A stretch of 64,000 bases of DNA from an uncultured Alphaproteobacteria bacterium (GCA_963778835.1 CAVZVY010000009.1:361744-425743); one strand, 5' to 3'. Positions 29,305 through 39,138 are shown, numbered from the stretch's first letter. The notes: generated by a model from the sequence alone, not told the origin. Numbers and translations: made by a program.

Positions 29305-30584
29305 TGATGCTGTGGACGGCTCTCCAACCACCGGGGCGTAAGCTTCCGGTTTGAGCTGGAGGAGAGCCATGGGTCAGGTCACCACGATCGGGTTGGACAT
29401 CGCGAAGTCGGTTTTTCAGGTCCACGGCGTCGATGGTGAAGGCGCCGTCGTCCTGCGTCAGAAACTCACACGAAGGCGGCTGCTGGGTTTCTTCAGCAAG
29501 CTGGATGCGTGCCTGGTCGGGATCGAGGCGTGCGGCACGGCGCATTATTGGGCGCAGGAGCTCGGTCATGAGGTGCGGCTGATGCCGCCCAGCGACGTGA
29601 AGCCGTACGTCAAGCGCCAGAAGAACGACATGGCCGACGCGGAGGCGATCTGCGAGGCGGTGACGCGACCGAGCATGCGCTTCGTGCCGGTGAAGTCGCC
29701 GGCGCAGCAGAGCGTGATGGTGCTGCACCGCACCCGCTCGATCCTGATACGCCAGCGCACCCAGTTGTCGAACGCGATCCGCGGCCATATGGGAGAGTTC
29801 GGCCTGGCCGCCGCCGTCGGTCGTCAGGGCCTTCAGACGCTGATCGCGGTGATCGCTGACCCAGCCGATGAACGGCTGCCGCAGGAAGCGCGCGGCTGCC
29901 TGTCGATGCTGGTCGATCAGCTCCGGCTGGTGAACGAACAGATCCTGGAGACCGACCGGCTGATCCGCACCAGCGCCCGTGCGAGCGAGGTCGGCCGCCG
30001 GTTGATGGAGATCCCGGGCGTCGGCCCGCTGCTGGCCAGCGCCCGGGTCGCCACCATCGCCGATCCGAACGCCTTCCGCTCGGGCCGCAATCTCGCGGCC
30101 TGGATCGGCCTCGTGCCGCGGCAGAACTCCAGCAGTGGCAAAGAGCGGCTGAGCGGCATCACCAAGCAGGGCGACCGCTATCTGCGACAGATGTTGGTCG
30201 TCGGCGCTCTGGCGGTCGTCCGCTACGCCGTGCGCAATGGCACGCGCCGGCCCTGGCTGGTGCAACTGCTCGCCCGACGAACGCCGAAGGTCGCGGCCGT
30301 CGCGCTCGCCAACAAGACCGCCCGGATGGTCTGGGCGATCATGACCCGCGGCGAGCGCTATCGGGAGCCGGCGGCGGCCGAGCGATCAGGCCCGGCGGCA
30401 CGCTGCGGCCCACCAACTTGGGAAGGGCGGACGCGATGTAATGCGACAGCCGGTCGATACCGGAAGACGGGACAACCCATTTGCGCCAAAGCGCCTCGAG
30501 CGCGTGCTTTTGGTCGGGACCCGTCTTCGCGGAAGGCATTATGGCCCGCGGTCATGCGCACCAACGGAGAGCCGTCCACACATG
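29305..30584 (+). mobile_element. IS110-family, IS1111-type insertion sequence, decayed
   Basis: 15-bp subterminal inverted repeats TGTGGACGGCTCTCC (29311-29325) and GGAGAGCCGTCCACA (30566-30580), a TG core at both junctions, and a non-coding end after the transposase. Confidence 0.85.
29369..30380 (+). pseudogene. IS110 transposase, probably inactive; the natural stop is missing and the ORF reads through to 30637
   Basis: IGLDIAKSVFQVHG, IEACG, KNDxADAEAI, IPGVGP, AAWIGLVP, ALANKTAR. Conserved motifs are altered (HYWAQELGH, PPSDVK, SSSGK). Confidence 0.75.
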
Positions 30585-30904
30585 GCGCAAAACGGACATT
30601 GCGGGCCCAAAAAAAGCTAGCCAGCAGTCACTGCTGAAGACCGAGTTGAGACGGTACCCCTTGGCTCGATTCCGCGATCGGCGGAGGCCTAAACCTACGT
30701 ATGGCGCATCTACAACGAATGCGCCGCGCAAAGTACCCATGTATAATCGACGGTATAGCTTGGCTAGTTATCTTCCTGCCCGAAATAGAAATCTATCGCG
30801 GCAAGCGTATTGGTGATCAGCGCGATCAGCGCGATCGGGGTCGTCGCGATCGGCCGGTCGGCGCCATTGCGGCGCTCGTCGTCCGCTGTATCAGGAGGAC
30901 AGCC

Positions 30905-31945
30905 ATGAAGTTGTTCACCGCCGCCTTGAGCGGCCTCGGCGTCGCAGGATCGGTATTCGCAGCTTCGACGTCGATGGCTCCGGGACGGTGGAGCCCGACT
31001 TTGCCTTCGACCTCTACGGACAATGCTTATGTGCGCGGCGATGTGACGCCGATGAGTCCAAAGATCAATGGTTACGTCGTCGACGTCGCCATTCGTGACA
31101 ACCAGGCGGTCGGGGCCGGGGACGTCCTGTTTCGGATCGACGACAGCGATTATCGGGCCCGCGTGAACCAGGCCGTTGCCGGGGTTGCCACCCGCCGTGC
31201 GATGCTTGGCAACCTCACCAGCCGGATCGAATTGCAGCGCGAGGTCATCGAGCAGGCGGTTGCGGCGCTACGCGGCGCCGAAGCCGACGCCGATCGCGCC
31301 GCTCGCGATTTTGCGCGTACCCATGAGCTGACCCTGCGCAGTTGGAGTTCGCAGGCGAGGCACGAGCAGGCTGAAGCAGATCATCTTCGGGCTCGTGCGA
31401 AGGTCGCCGAGGCAACGGCGAACGTGGCCGCCGCTCGGCGGCAGATGGATGTGCTGGAGACTCAGCGCCCGCAGTTGCAGGCCGACATCGACGCTGCCGC
31501 CGCCGCCCTCAGGCTCACCGAGATCGAGCTTGAAAACACGGTCGTGCGGTCGCCGTTGGATGGCTGGGTCGGCGAACGGCAAGCCAGGGTCGGACAGTAT
31601 GTGCAGCCGGGCACTCTCTTGGTCGCGGTCGTGCCCCAAGACTTCTGGATCATCGCCAATTTCAACGAAACGCAGATTCCGGCACTGCGGGTCGGCGACG
31701 GCATGGCGGTTTCCGTCGACGGCCTCCCGGGAATAGAGTTCCGGGGTCACGTCGACAGCCTGTCACCGGCCAGCGGCGCGCAGCTCGCGCTCCCGCCGCC
31801 CGACAACGCCACCGGCAACTTCACCCGCACCGTCCAGCGCATTCCGGTCAAGATCACCTTCGATGCGGGTCAGGCTGGCCTCGATCGTCTGCGGCCGGGC
31901 ATGTCCGCGGTGGTGGCCCCGTCTTCCGCCGACCAAGCACTTTGA
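30905..31945 (+). CDS. HlyD/EmrA-family membrane fusion protein
   Basis: AGGAGG RBS; STDNAYV, ANFNETQ, PASGA..LPPxDNATGNFTxxVQRIPV, LRPGMS. Confidence 0.85.
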   Translation: MKLFTAALSGLGVAGSVFAASTSMAPGRWSPTLPSTSTDNAYVRGDVTPMSPKINGYVVDVAIRDNQAVGAGDVLFRIDDSDYRARVNQAVAGVATRRAMLGNLTSRIELQREVIEQAVAALRGAEADADRAARDFARTHELTLRSWSSQARHEQAEADHLRARAKVAEATANVAAARRQMDVLETQRPQLQADIDAAAAALRLTEIELENTVVRSPLDGWVGERQARVGQYVQPGTLLVAVVPQDFWIIANFNETQIPALRVGDGMAVSVDGLPGIEFRGHVDSLSPASGAQLALPPPDNATGNFTRTVQRIPVKITFDAGQAGLDRLRPGMSAVVAPSSADQAL

Positions 31946-32335
31946 CCACTCGGTCCAATTCAGGAACCTCGCCGGCGAGCGTCGCAGCGCGGGCCGGACT
32001 GGCCCCGCCGAGCAGCCCGGCCAGCAATCCGGCAAAGACCGCAGCGCCCCCGCCACAGATGAGTTCTCGCCGGTCCACGCCATCGCAGACGAACTGCGAA
32101 GGCGCAGCGTTGCAGCGGCAGAAACGTGGAGGGGAGATACCAACACGCATGGCGACCTCCTGAAGAACCGATGGTCATCAGAGGCGCCGGACGGAGCGAA
32201 AAATGCTCGGTGGTCGGGCGTCAATAGGGAGGAAGAGTACGCCTCAAAGTATGGCCGGAATGAGTCCATGGGCAGACCTCGTCGCCGTGGCCCCGGGCCG
32301 CGCTAACGTCTGCTCCTGACCCCAAAAGCGGTCCA

Positions 32336-32991
32336 TCAGGTGGTCAAGGGGGTGGATCGGCTTACAACGTTATTTTCGGCGCTCAGACTGCCTGTCCCCA
32401 CGACCGCAGTGGCGTCAGCCTTGTGGCTCAGGACCGCCCGGGCGCTGTCGGCGAGGACGAGCCACGCACCCGCCATCAAAGTGACGTCCTTGATCACCAG
32501 GCGGCCGCCGCCCGACAAATAGGGGAAGCCGTGCTGCGCGTCACCCAGGGCGTGCACCCAGGCCTCCGGCGTCGTCACCAGGAACGACAGCGTCACGAAT
32601 GGCGTCAGGAAGGCAAGGGTGGCGCCGGCAAGCCCCCAACGGAGGGACATCAGCCCGGCGAGTGTCAGGAAACCGATCGTCAGCTCGACTATGCCGAGCC
32701 CCCTGGAAAAGCCGTAGGTGTCGTTGGCCGTCTGCCAAGCGCGCTCGGCGGGCTTCAGCTCCCCTTCGCGGGTAAGGTGCTGGGCATATTGATCGGGATG
32801 TTTGTAGAACAGCGACATCACCGGGTTGTTCGCGACAAACGGCGTGATGCTGTCGGCCTCGTAAGGGACAAACTTCAGGCCTCCAATCCACAGGAAGAGA
32901 TGGCGATGGCAATGCGCATCCCGTGAAGGCCGATCCGGTCCGATCTCGAACTGGAAACGAGGCCAAGAATGCGACGGATCTGCATGTTCAT
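32336..32991 (-). CDS. YkgB/RclC (DUF417) inner-membrane protein with a frameshift near 32900
   Basis: FLWIGGLKFVPYEADSITPFVANNP, TLSFLVTTPE, GRLVIKD. N-terminus MNMQIRR starts at the TGATG overlap. Confidence 0.8.
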
Positions 32992-33362
32992 CACGCAACT
33001 CCTTTGAGCAGCAGGTCAGCGTCAGCCGAGGCGGCAGAAGCATCGAGCGTGCGGGTCGAGTAGACGATGGCGGCACCGGCGTTGACGCTGACAGCGACGC
33101 CCAGCGCCTCCGCGACCTCCTCCTTCGTTGCGCCGAGTTTGCGGGCGGTGTCGGTGTGGACGGTGATACAGCCGTCGCACCGTAGGGTGACCGCGACCGC
33201 GAGCGCGATCAGCTCACGGGTTTTCGCGTCGAGCTGGCCGGTCTTCTGGCCAGCGCCACCCATTGCCGCATAGCCCTTGACCGTGTCTGGGCTGAGCTTG
33301 GCGAAGCCGCCGACCCCGGCGACGACCTGCTGGCGATATGTGTTCCAATCGATCATGTGCAT
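32991..33362 (-). CDS. Carboxymuconolactone decarboxylase/AhpD-like protein
   Basis: LDAKTRELIALAVAVTLRCDGCITVH (CxxC). Confidence 0.88.
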   Translation of the reverse strand: MHMIDWNTYRQQVVAGVGGFAKLSPDTVKGYAAMGGAGQKTGQLDAKTRELIALAVAVTLRCDGCITVHTDTARKLGATKEEVAEALGVAVSVNAGAAIVYSTRTLDASAASADADLLLKGVA

Positions 33363-33421
33363 GACATTCTCCTTCGTGGTGCAGTCAAGATAGGCCGCGG
33401 GGAGGTGGGAAAGCGGGTGCC

Positions 33422-34375
33422 ATGACGAACCCGGACATCACCGATGCGCTGAGCGGCCTTGCGCCCCTGCTGCGCGTCCGGCCGGAGCTGACAGATTTCT
33501 GCCGGTTCGGCGGCGCCTGGGCGTCGTCGCACAGGGCTGAACCGGCGGGGTGGGCTCATTTCCATATCGTGACCAAAGGCAGCGTCCAGCTCGACCGGGT
33601 CGGCTTCGGGCCCCTGCGCCTGGAGGCGGGCGATATCCTGCTGCTGCCCCATGGGGACGCCCATACTGTGCGTGCGCCGGACGGCGCCGGGCAGGGGGCG
33701 CCGGTTACAACCGATTACCGCAACTCGCTCCGGGTGCGGGCGAGCATCGGGGCCGAGCCGGATACCGAACTGATCCGCGGCCGGCTGCATTTCGAAGCAC
33801 CCCAGAACCTGATCGTCGCCGCACTGCCGGACGTCGTGGTCCTGCGCGTTGGCGAGCGCCCATTGGCCAGCCGTTTCCATCCAATCATGCTCGGCATCCG
33901 GGACGAACTCGACGGCCCGCGCCCGGGCGCCCCCGCAATCGCGGAGGACCTGGCGAGCGCGTTGTTCGTGATGATGCTCCGCGCCCATCTTGAAGCGTCG
34001 GCGCCTGCGGAGGGCCTGCTCCGGCTGCTCAATCAGCGCATGACGGCGCAGGCCGTCCTGGAGATGGTGCGCGACCCCGCACGGGTTTGGACGCTTGACG
34101 ACCTTGCGCAGACCGCAGCCGCGTCGCGGGCGACGCTGGTGCGCGCGTTCCGCAAGGCGACCGGCGTGGCGCCGTTGGCGTTCCTGACCGATCTGCGCCT
34201 CGGTTTGGCCCGGCACCGCCTCGGCAGCGGCTCCGCGTCGATGGACCAGATCGCAGCGAAGGTGGGCTATCAATCCCAGGCCGGGTTCAGCCGCGCCTTC
34301 TTACGGAAATACGGCGTCCGGCCCGGCAAGCTACGCCACGACGCCCAGGCCTTGCGGGCAAGGCCTGACACGTAG
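33422..34375 (+). CDS. AraC-family regulator with N-terminal cupin (RclR-like), divergent
   Basis: FHIVTKG, GDILLLPHGDAH, WTLDDLA..SRATLVRAF, VGYQSQAGFSRAF. Confidence 0.85.
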   Translation: MTNPDITDALSGLAPLLRVRPELTDFCRFGGAWASSHRAEPAGWAHFHIVTKGSVQLDRVGFGPLRLEAGDILLLPHGDAHTVRAPDGAGQGAPVTTDYRNSLRVRASIGAEPDTELIRGRLHFEAPQNLIVAALPDVVVLRVGERPLASRFHPIMLGIRDELDGPRPGAPAIAEDLASALFVMMLRAHLEASAPAEGLLRLLNQRMTAQAVLEMVRDPARVWTLDDLAQTAAASRATLVRAFRKATGVAPLAFLTDLRLGLARHRLGSGSASMDQIAAKVGYQSQAGFSRAFLRKYGVRPGKLRHDAQALRARPDT

Positions 34376-34497
34376 CCGCCGACGGCGCGCGCTTAGATCT
34401 GACAGCGGCCCGCCCGTGGCGCCTTGCTGGCCATGAGAAAGACGCAGGGCGACAGCCGCTGGAGACGTGGCTAGTTAAATTGCGGTAGGTCCGCTCT

Positions 34498-34529
34498 TGA
34501 TGCTGTGGACGGCTCTCCAACCACCGGGG
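34498..34529 (+). mobile_element. Isolated second copy of the IS1111-type left end
   Basis: 32 bp identical to 29305-29336 (TGATGCTGTGGACGGCTCTCCAACCACCGGGG). Confidence 0.85.
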
Positions 34530-34994
34530 GCGTTCCTGCTGCTCCTCAGCCTGCGGGCCCGCGCGTGGACCGGAACATTGAATTCCGATCCGGCCGCATG
34601 GGTCGGGATCGGACTTCTCGTCTTCGCTGTGGTTCTTCAGCCATTGCTCGGCCTTCTCGTCGGGCGACCATGGTCGCAGGTCGAGGTGTTCGGCCTCGCG
34701 CCGGATCCGACCGTCGTCGCGACCCTGGGCGTGCTGATGATGGGCCGCACCCTCGGGCAGTGGATGCTGATGGTGATTCCCGTCCTCTGGTGCGCGATCG
34801 GCGGTGCGACCCTCTGGGCGATGGGACGGCCGGACGCCGTCGTTCTGCCCGTCGTGGCAATCACCACCATCGCCACGTCCGTCCTCGGACGGAGGCGGGC
34901 TTTCGATCTGAGTGATCCCCAAGAATCGGACGGAAAGGCGGCCGCGGCGTCGCCAAACCACCGCAGGCACGGAGCGCGACGATATACATTCTAG
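34530..34994 (+). pseudogene. 5'-truncated membrane protein (DUF6064-like) fused to the IS end
   Basis: Hydrophobic segments with GRPWSQVEVFGLAPDPTVVATLG; the ORF start lies inside the IS-end copy. Confidence 0.5.
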
Positions 34995-35039
34995 TGGACC
35001 GGCTGAGATCGATGCCGACTGGCGACCCTGCCAAGCGCT

Positions 35040-35690
35040 GCCGCCACGCCAGGAGTGCGGCTAGGGGCGTGGCGGCCTTGCCTGCATGGGCTTGGTGGGG
35101 TCTCGGCAGGCAACCTAGCCTTGCACGCTGTTTTGACTACGTCATTACGTAGAATCCCCCCGCCCGGTGAAAGCCGAGGCGGGATTTTTGTTCGGCGGGG
35201 AGCGAAGAGCCGCCACGCTGGGATTGCGGTGCGGAGCGTGGCGGCTCCGCCTGCCCCCTGGTGTCGAGGGATTTAGCAGGCAACCTATACTTGCATTCTT
35301 ATTCCACTACGTCAGTACGTAGATTCCCGCGCCGCCAGCAGGCGTTCGCCGGGACGCGCAGGGCGCTCAGTTCCGCGCGACAGGGCCGCCACGACAGCCA
35401 CTGAAGTGGCGACCCTGCCTACGAGTGCTCGCTTGCAGGCAGGAGCATCTCGCTGGGGCAGAGACCGCGCGCAGGTTTGCTGTCCTCCTAATCAAATCGT
35501 TAGGATTGCAGAGGGGTTCGATGTCCGTCGCGAATGCGACCTGAAGCCCATCGGAGACCCTGAATGAAGGCTGGCATCATCGCCATGTTCGCCCAGCGAA
35601 AAGCCGCCACGCCAGGAGTGCGGTCGAGACGTGGCGGCTCCTGCCTGCGATACGCGTCCAGGTCACCCGCAGGCAACCTATAATTGCAAA
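35040..35690. repeat. Three clear copies and one degenerate copy of an ~85-bp double-hairpin non-coding repeat; candidate sRNA family
   Basis: GCCGCCACG..GGA(G/T)TGCGG..CGTGGCGGC-x-GCCTGC..GCAGGCAACCTA-N3-TTGCA at ~35040, ~35209 and ~35603; degenerate copy at ~35385. Confidence 0.75.
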
Positions 35691-35936
35691 TTGCGCGGCT
35701 TGTGCATAGCAGTAGTTGTGCGCCAACTGTACACTCCCACTGTTGTCTTGGACTTGCCCTCCCGGGTCGCCAGAGCGGGACTTTTGTTTGTCACGGCGGC
35801 GTCAGCGGCGCGTTCTGCTCGCAGAGGACGCGGATCTTCTCCCGGCAGGTGATGTGATTGTTCGGGAACGCGCGGGCGACGTGTTCATAGGCGCCCATCG
35901 CAGCGTGGAAGTTGTTCAGCACGCCGAAGTTCTTCT

Positions 35937-36167
35937 TCAATTGCCCTCTGATGGCGCGCTCGGTCTCCCAGCTCTCGACCGCGTAGGTGCCTTGCTTGCC
36001 GCTCTCACCTTCCAGCGCATCGCCTCGACCAGGCGCAGGGCGGTCTCCGCCGTCAGCCGGATCGGCCGGCCGGCCTTCGCGCGCTGCTCCAGCTCCTGCG
36101 CGAGCATGAAATCGGTCAGCTTAGCCGCTTCCCGCGCGGCCTGTCCCGGTAATGACTTGATATCCAT
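35937..36167 (-). CDS. Hypothetical protein
   Basis: 76-aa ORF with a helical-looking sequence; no recognised family. Confidence 0.35.
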   Translation of the reverse strand: MDIKSLPGQAAREAAKLTDFMLAQELEQRAKAGRPIRLTAETALRLVEAMRWKVRAASKAPTRSRAGRPSAPSEGN

Positions 36168-36249
36168 GTTCTAGGGTTGTTCTCGTCACGATCGAGAGTC
36201 AATCTGGGGGGCTTGCGCGCGGACCGATCACATTCGAAGGTTTCGGCCG

Positions 36250-36489
36250 ATGTTCGGATTCCTCACGCGCTGGCTCAATGCGCCCCAAATCGTGGTGGAC
36301 GACGCCGCAGACCTGATCGCGCGATACGGCAACGCCGCTTATCACGAGGCCCGAAATCGAGCGCGGCTCGCACGTTTGGGGCACGGCGACCGCCCCGACG
36401 AGCACTGGGGCAGAGTGGCGAAAGAAATCGCACGCCGTCAGGGGATAGAAGTCGGGCTCGATACCGCAACCCGATATGTAGGTGAGTAG
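36250..36489 (+). CDS. Small hypothetical protein
   Basis: 79-aa ORF (DAADLIARYGNAAYHEARNRAR...HWGRVAKEIARR). Confidence 0.55.
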   Translation: MFGFLTRWLNAPQIVVDDAADLIARYGNAAYHEARNRARLARLGHGDRPDEHWGRVAKEIARRQGIEVGLDTATRYVGE

Positions 36490-36643
36490 TGAAGCTCGAT
36501 ATCGTCAGGCGTGATTTCGCGAAGGTCGGCGAAGCCTATTTCGAGACCGAGGATTTACGGGACAGGGGGCAGAACTTCGACCGCAAATGGTCGGCATTTT
36601 TGAGTCGGTCTTATCTGACTGCGACAGTTCCGAAGAATATTTC

Positions 36644-36717
36644 TGGAGGCCACGCCCGGAATCGAACCGGGGTGCAAGGATTTGCAGTCCTCTGCGTAAC
36701 CACTCCGCCACGTGGCC
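36644..36717 (-). tRNA. tRNA-Cys (GCA)
   Basis: GGCCACGTGGCGGAGTGGTTACGCAGAGGACTGCAAATCCTTGCACCCCGGTTCGATTCCGGGCGTGGCCTCCA: 74 nt cloverleaf, GCA anticodon, encoded CCA. Confidence 0.97.
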
Positions 36718-36903
36718 TCAGGTCCGGCCAGTTCGGCGGACGTGGAGGCCATATCAGCCAGCCGCCGCGGGTTCAACCACCCGTTTCGGCTTTGTCGTGG
36801 CCGCGACATGGTGTCGACACAGAGCATGCTGAGTGTGCTTGCCTTCGTCCCGTCTTCGTCGCACATAGCCGGACGGGCCGTCGACAAGGGGCAGGAGCGA
36901 GGC

Positions 36904-37557
36904 ATGTTCGATTTCGCGCAGGCGCGTCATTTCATGGTGGAAGGTCAGCTTCGCACCAACGAGATCACGAACCCGGGCATTGTAAGCGCGATGGTGACCT
37001 TGCCGCGCGAGCGATTCGTCCCCGAGCCCTGGGCGACCATGGCCTATTCGGAATGCGAGATTCCGGTCGCCGCGGCTCGTTCGCTGCCGACGCCGATGGT
37101 GCTCGGCAAATTGCTCGTCGCCGCGGACATTCGCGAAACCGAAAATATTCTTCACGTCGGCTGCACCACCGGTTACGGCTCGGCGATCCTGTCCAGGCTC
37201 GCCGCCTCGGTCATCGCGCTGGAGGAGGATACGACGCTCGCCGATCAGGCGAAGGCGAATCTGGCGGCGGTCGGCGCGGGTAATGTCACCGTGGTCACCG
37301 GTCCTCTCGTGGCCGGTTACGCACAATCCGGGCCGTTCGACGCGATTCTCATCGAAGGCTCCATCGAAGTCCTGCCGGATGCATTCGCCGACCAGCTCAA
37401 GGACGATGGCCGCCTTGTCGTCGTCAACGGCCGCGGGCGCACCGGGCAGGGCACGGTTTTCCGCCGGTCGGGCAATGAGTTCGGCGGCTTTCCGATGTTC
37501 GACGCGGCGGCGCCTCTGCTGCCGGGCTTTGAGCGCAAGGCCGCATTCGCGTTTTAG
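36904..37557 (+). CDS. pcm: Protein-L-isoaspartate O-methyltransferase family protein
   Basis: ARHFMVEGQLRT, PRERFVP, VGCTTGYGSA, GPFDAILIEG; AGGAG RBS; typical position before tolC. Confidence 0.9.
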   Translation: MFDFAQARHFMVEGQLRTNEITNPGIVSAMVTLPRERFVPEPWATMAYSECEIPVAAARSLPTPMVLGKLLVAADIRETENILHVGCTTGYGSAILSRLAASVIALEEDTTLADQAKANLAAVGAGNVTVVTGPLVAGYAQSGPFDAILIEGSIEVLPDAFADQLKDDGRLVVVNGRGRTGQGTVFRRSGNEFGGFPMFDAAAPLLPGFERKAAFAF

Positions 37558-37698
37558 GTCTGTTGCAAAATTGCCCCAGTTCCGATGATTACGACCGGAT
37601 CGGGGTTGTTCGGGTGTTCCCCTTCTTAATCGATCACTAAATTGAAGCGAGCCGGTGAGGGACTGGCTCTGTTGATGCGTTTTGGGGCAATTCGATCC

Positions 37699-39138
37699 AT
37701 GAAGCCGACGACGAGAATGTCCGGTGCGCTTTGCACTGTACCGCTACTGGCAGTTGTCGGGTCGATAGCCTTTGCGGCTCCGGCAAGCGCGGAGACGTTG
37801 AACGAGGCGCTCTCCAGGGCCTACGAAGGCAACCCCACGCTTAACGCACAGCGCGCGAATACGCGTGCGACCGACGAAGCTGTGCCGCAGGCATTGTCCG
37901 GCTACCGCCCGACGGTGATCGGTTCGGCCGATGTGGGCTATTCCGACACGCGTGTTAAGAGTCGCACGCAGGGCATCCGCACGATCAACGACAGTGAGGT
38001 ATTGACCCGCAGCGCTGGCGTCACGCTGAACCAGAACCTGTTTAACGGCTTTCAAACGAAAAACACCGTCAAGGTCGCCGAATCCTCGGTGCTCGCCTCC
38101 CGCGAGACGCTGCTGAACACCGAGCAGAACGTGCTCTTCGACGGCGTCGAAGCCTATATGAACGTTCTGCGCGACTTCGCGATCTTCGATCTGCGCCGTA
38201 ACAACGTCGATCTGCTCGGCGAAGAACTGCGTGCCACGAACGAGCGATTCCAGGTCGGCGAGGTCACCCGAACTGACACCGCGCTCGGCCGAATCGCGCC
38301 TCGCCGGCGCGAAGTCGGATCTCAGCGTCGCCGAGGCAAATCTAAAGGCCAGCCGCGCGTCTATCGTCAGGTGATCGGCATCGAGCCGACGCAAGCTGTA
38401 TCCCGGCACGCCGATCGACCGGCTCCTGCCGAACTCCCTCGATGCCGCGGTGCAAGTCGGCTTCAAGGAGCACCCGGCGACCCGTTCGGCGTTTCATGCG
38501 GTCGATGCTGCGGCGGATGCAGGTCCGGGTGTCGCAGGGCGTACTTTCGCCGACCTTCGAGCCTGCAGGGCACGGTCAGCCAGCAGTGCGACGACGAGAT
38601 CGGCGGCGGAGGCGGTGGCGCTAACCGGACGCGATTACGACAGCACGTTCAATGGCTACCGTCCTCGGTACGCTGACCGTTCCGATCTATCAGGGCGGCC
38701 AGGAATATTCGCGTCGTCCGCGAGGCCAAGGAGACCTGGGTCAGCGCCGTCTCGAGGCCGAGATCGTGCGCGATCAGGTTCGCGCGGCCGTCGTCTCGGC
38801 CTGGGGCGCGCTCGAAGGCTCCAAATCCCAGATCATCGCCGCGCAGGCGCAGGTCGATGCCGCGCAGATCGCCTTGAACGGTGTCCGCGAGGAGAGCCCG
38901 GGTCGGTCAGCGCACCACGCTCGACGTGTTGAACTTCCGCAGGACCTGCTCGACGCCCGTGTGACCCTGATCACCGCGCAGCGCGACCGCGTCGTGGCCT
39001 CCTATGCGTTGCTCCAGGCGGTCGGCCGGCTGAACGTCGTCCAGCTCACCTGAAGGTTGCGACCTATGACAGTCGCGCTCCATTACGACCAGGTGCGCAA
39101 CAAATGGGGTCGGCCAGCGCACGCCGGACGGCCGCTGA
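37699..39138 (+). CDS. tolC: TolC-family outer membrane channel with several frameshifts
   Basis: ETLNEAL..AYEGNP, QALSGYRP, RFQVGEVTRTD, PIYQGG, VVASYALLQAVGRL, and a C-terminal RTPDGR*, spread over different frames. Confidence 0.85.

Noticed and set aside
30905-31945. HlyD protein as the T1SS adaptor for the RTX enzymes
   Set aside because: Motifs (TDNAYV, DNATGNF) are of the EmrA efflux type, and it lies among accessory fragments 30 kb from the ABC gene
35040-35690. Possible CRISPR array
   Set aside because: Units are long, degenerate, double-hairpin and irregularly spaced; no cas genes in the window
25763-36643. Intact prophage or integrative element at tRNA-Cys
   Set aside because: No integrase, phage or conjugation genes, and no att duplication found by eye
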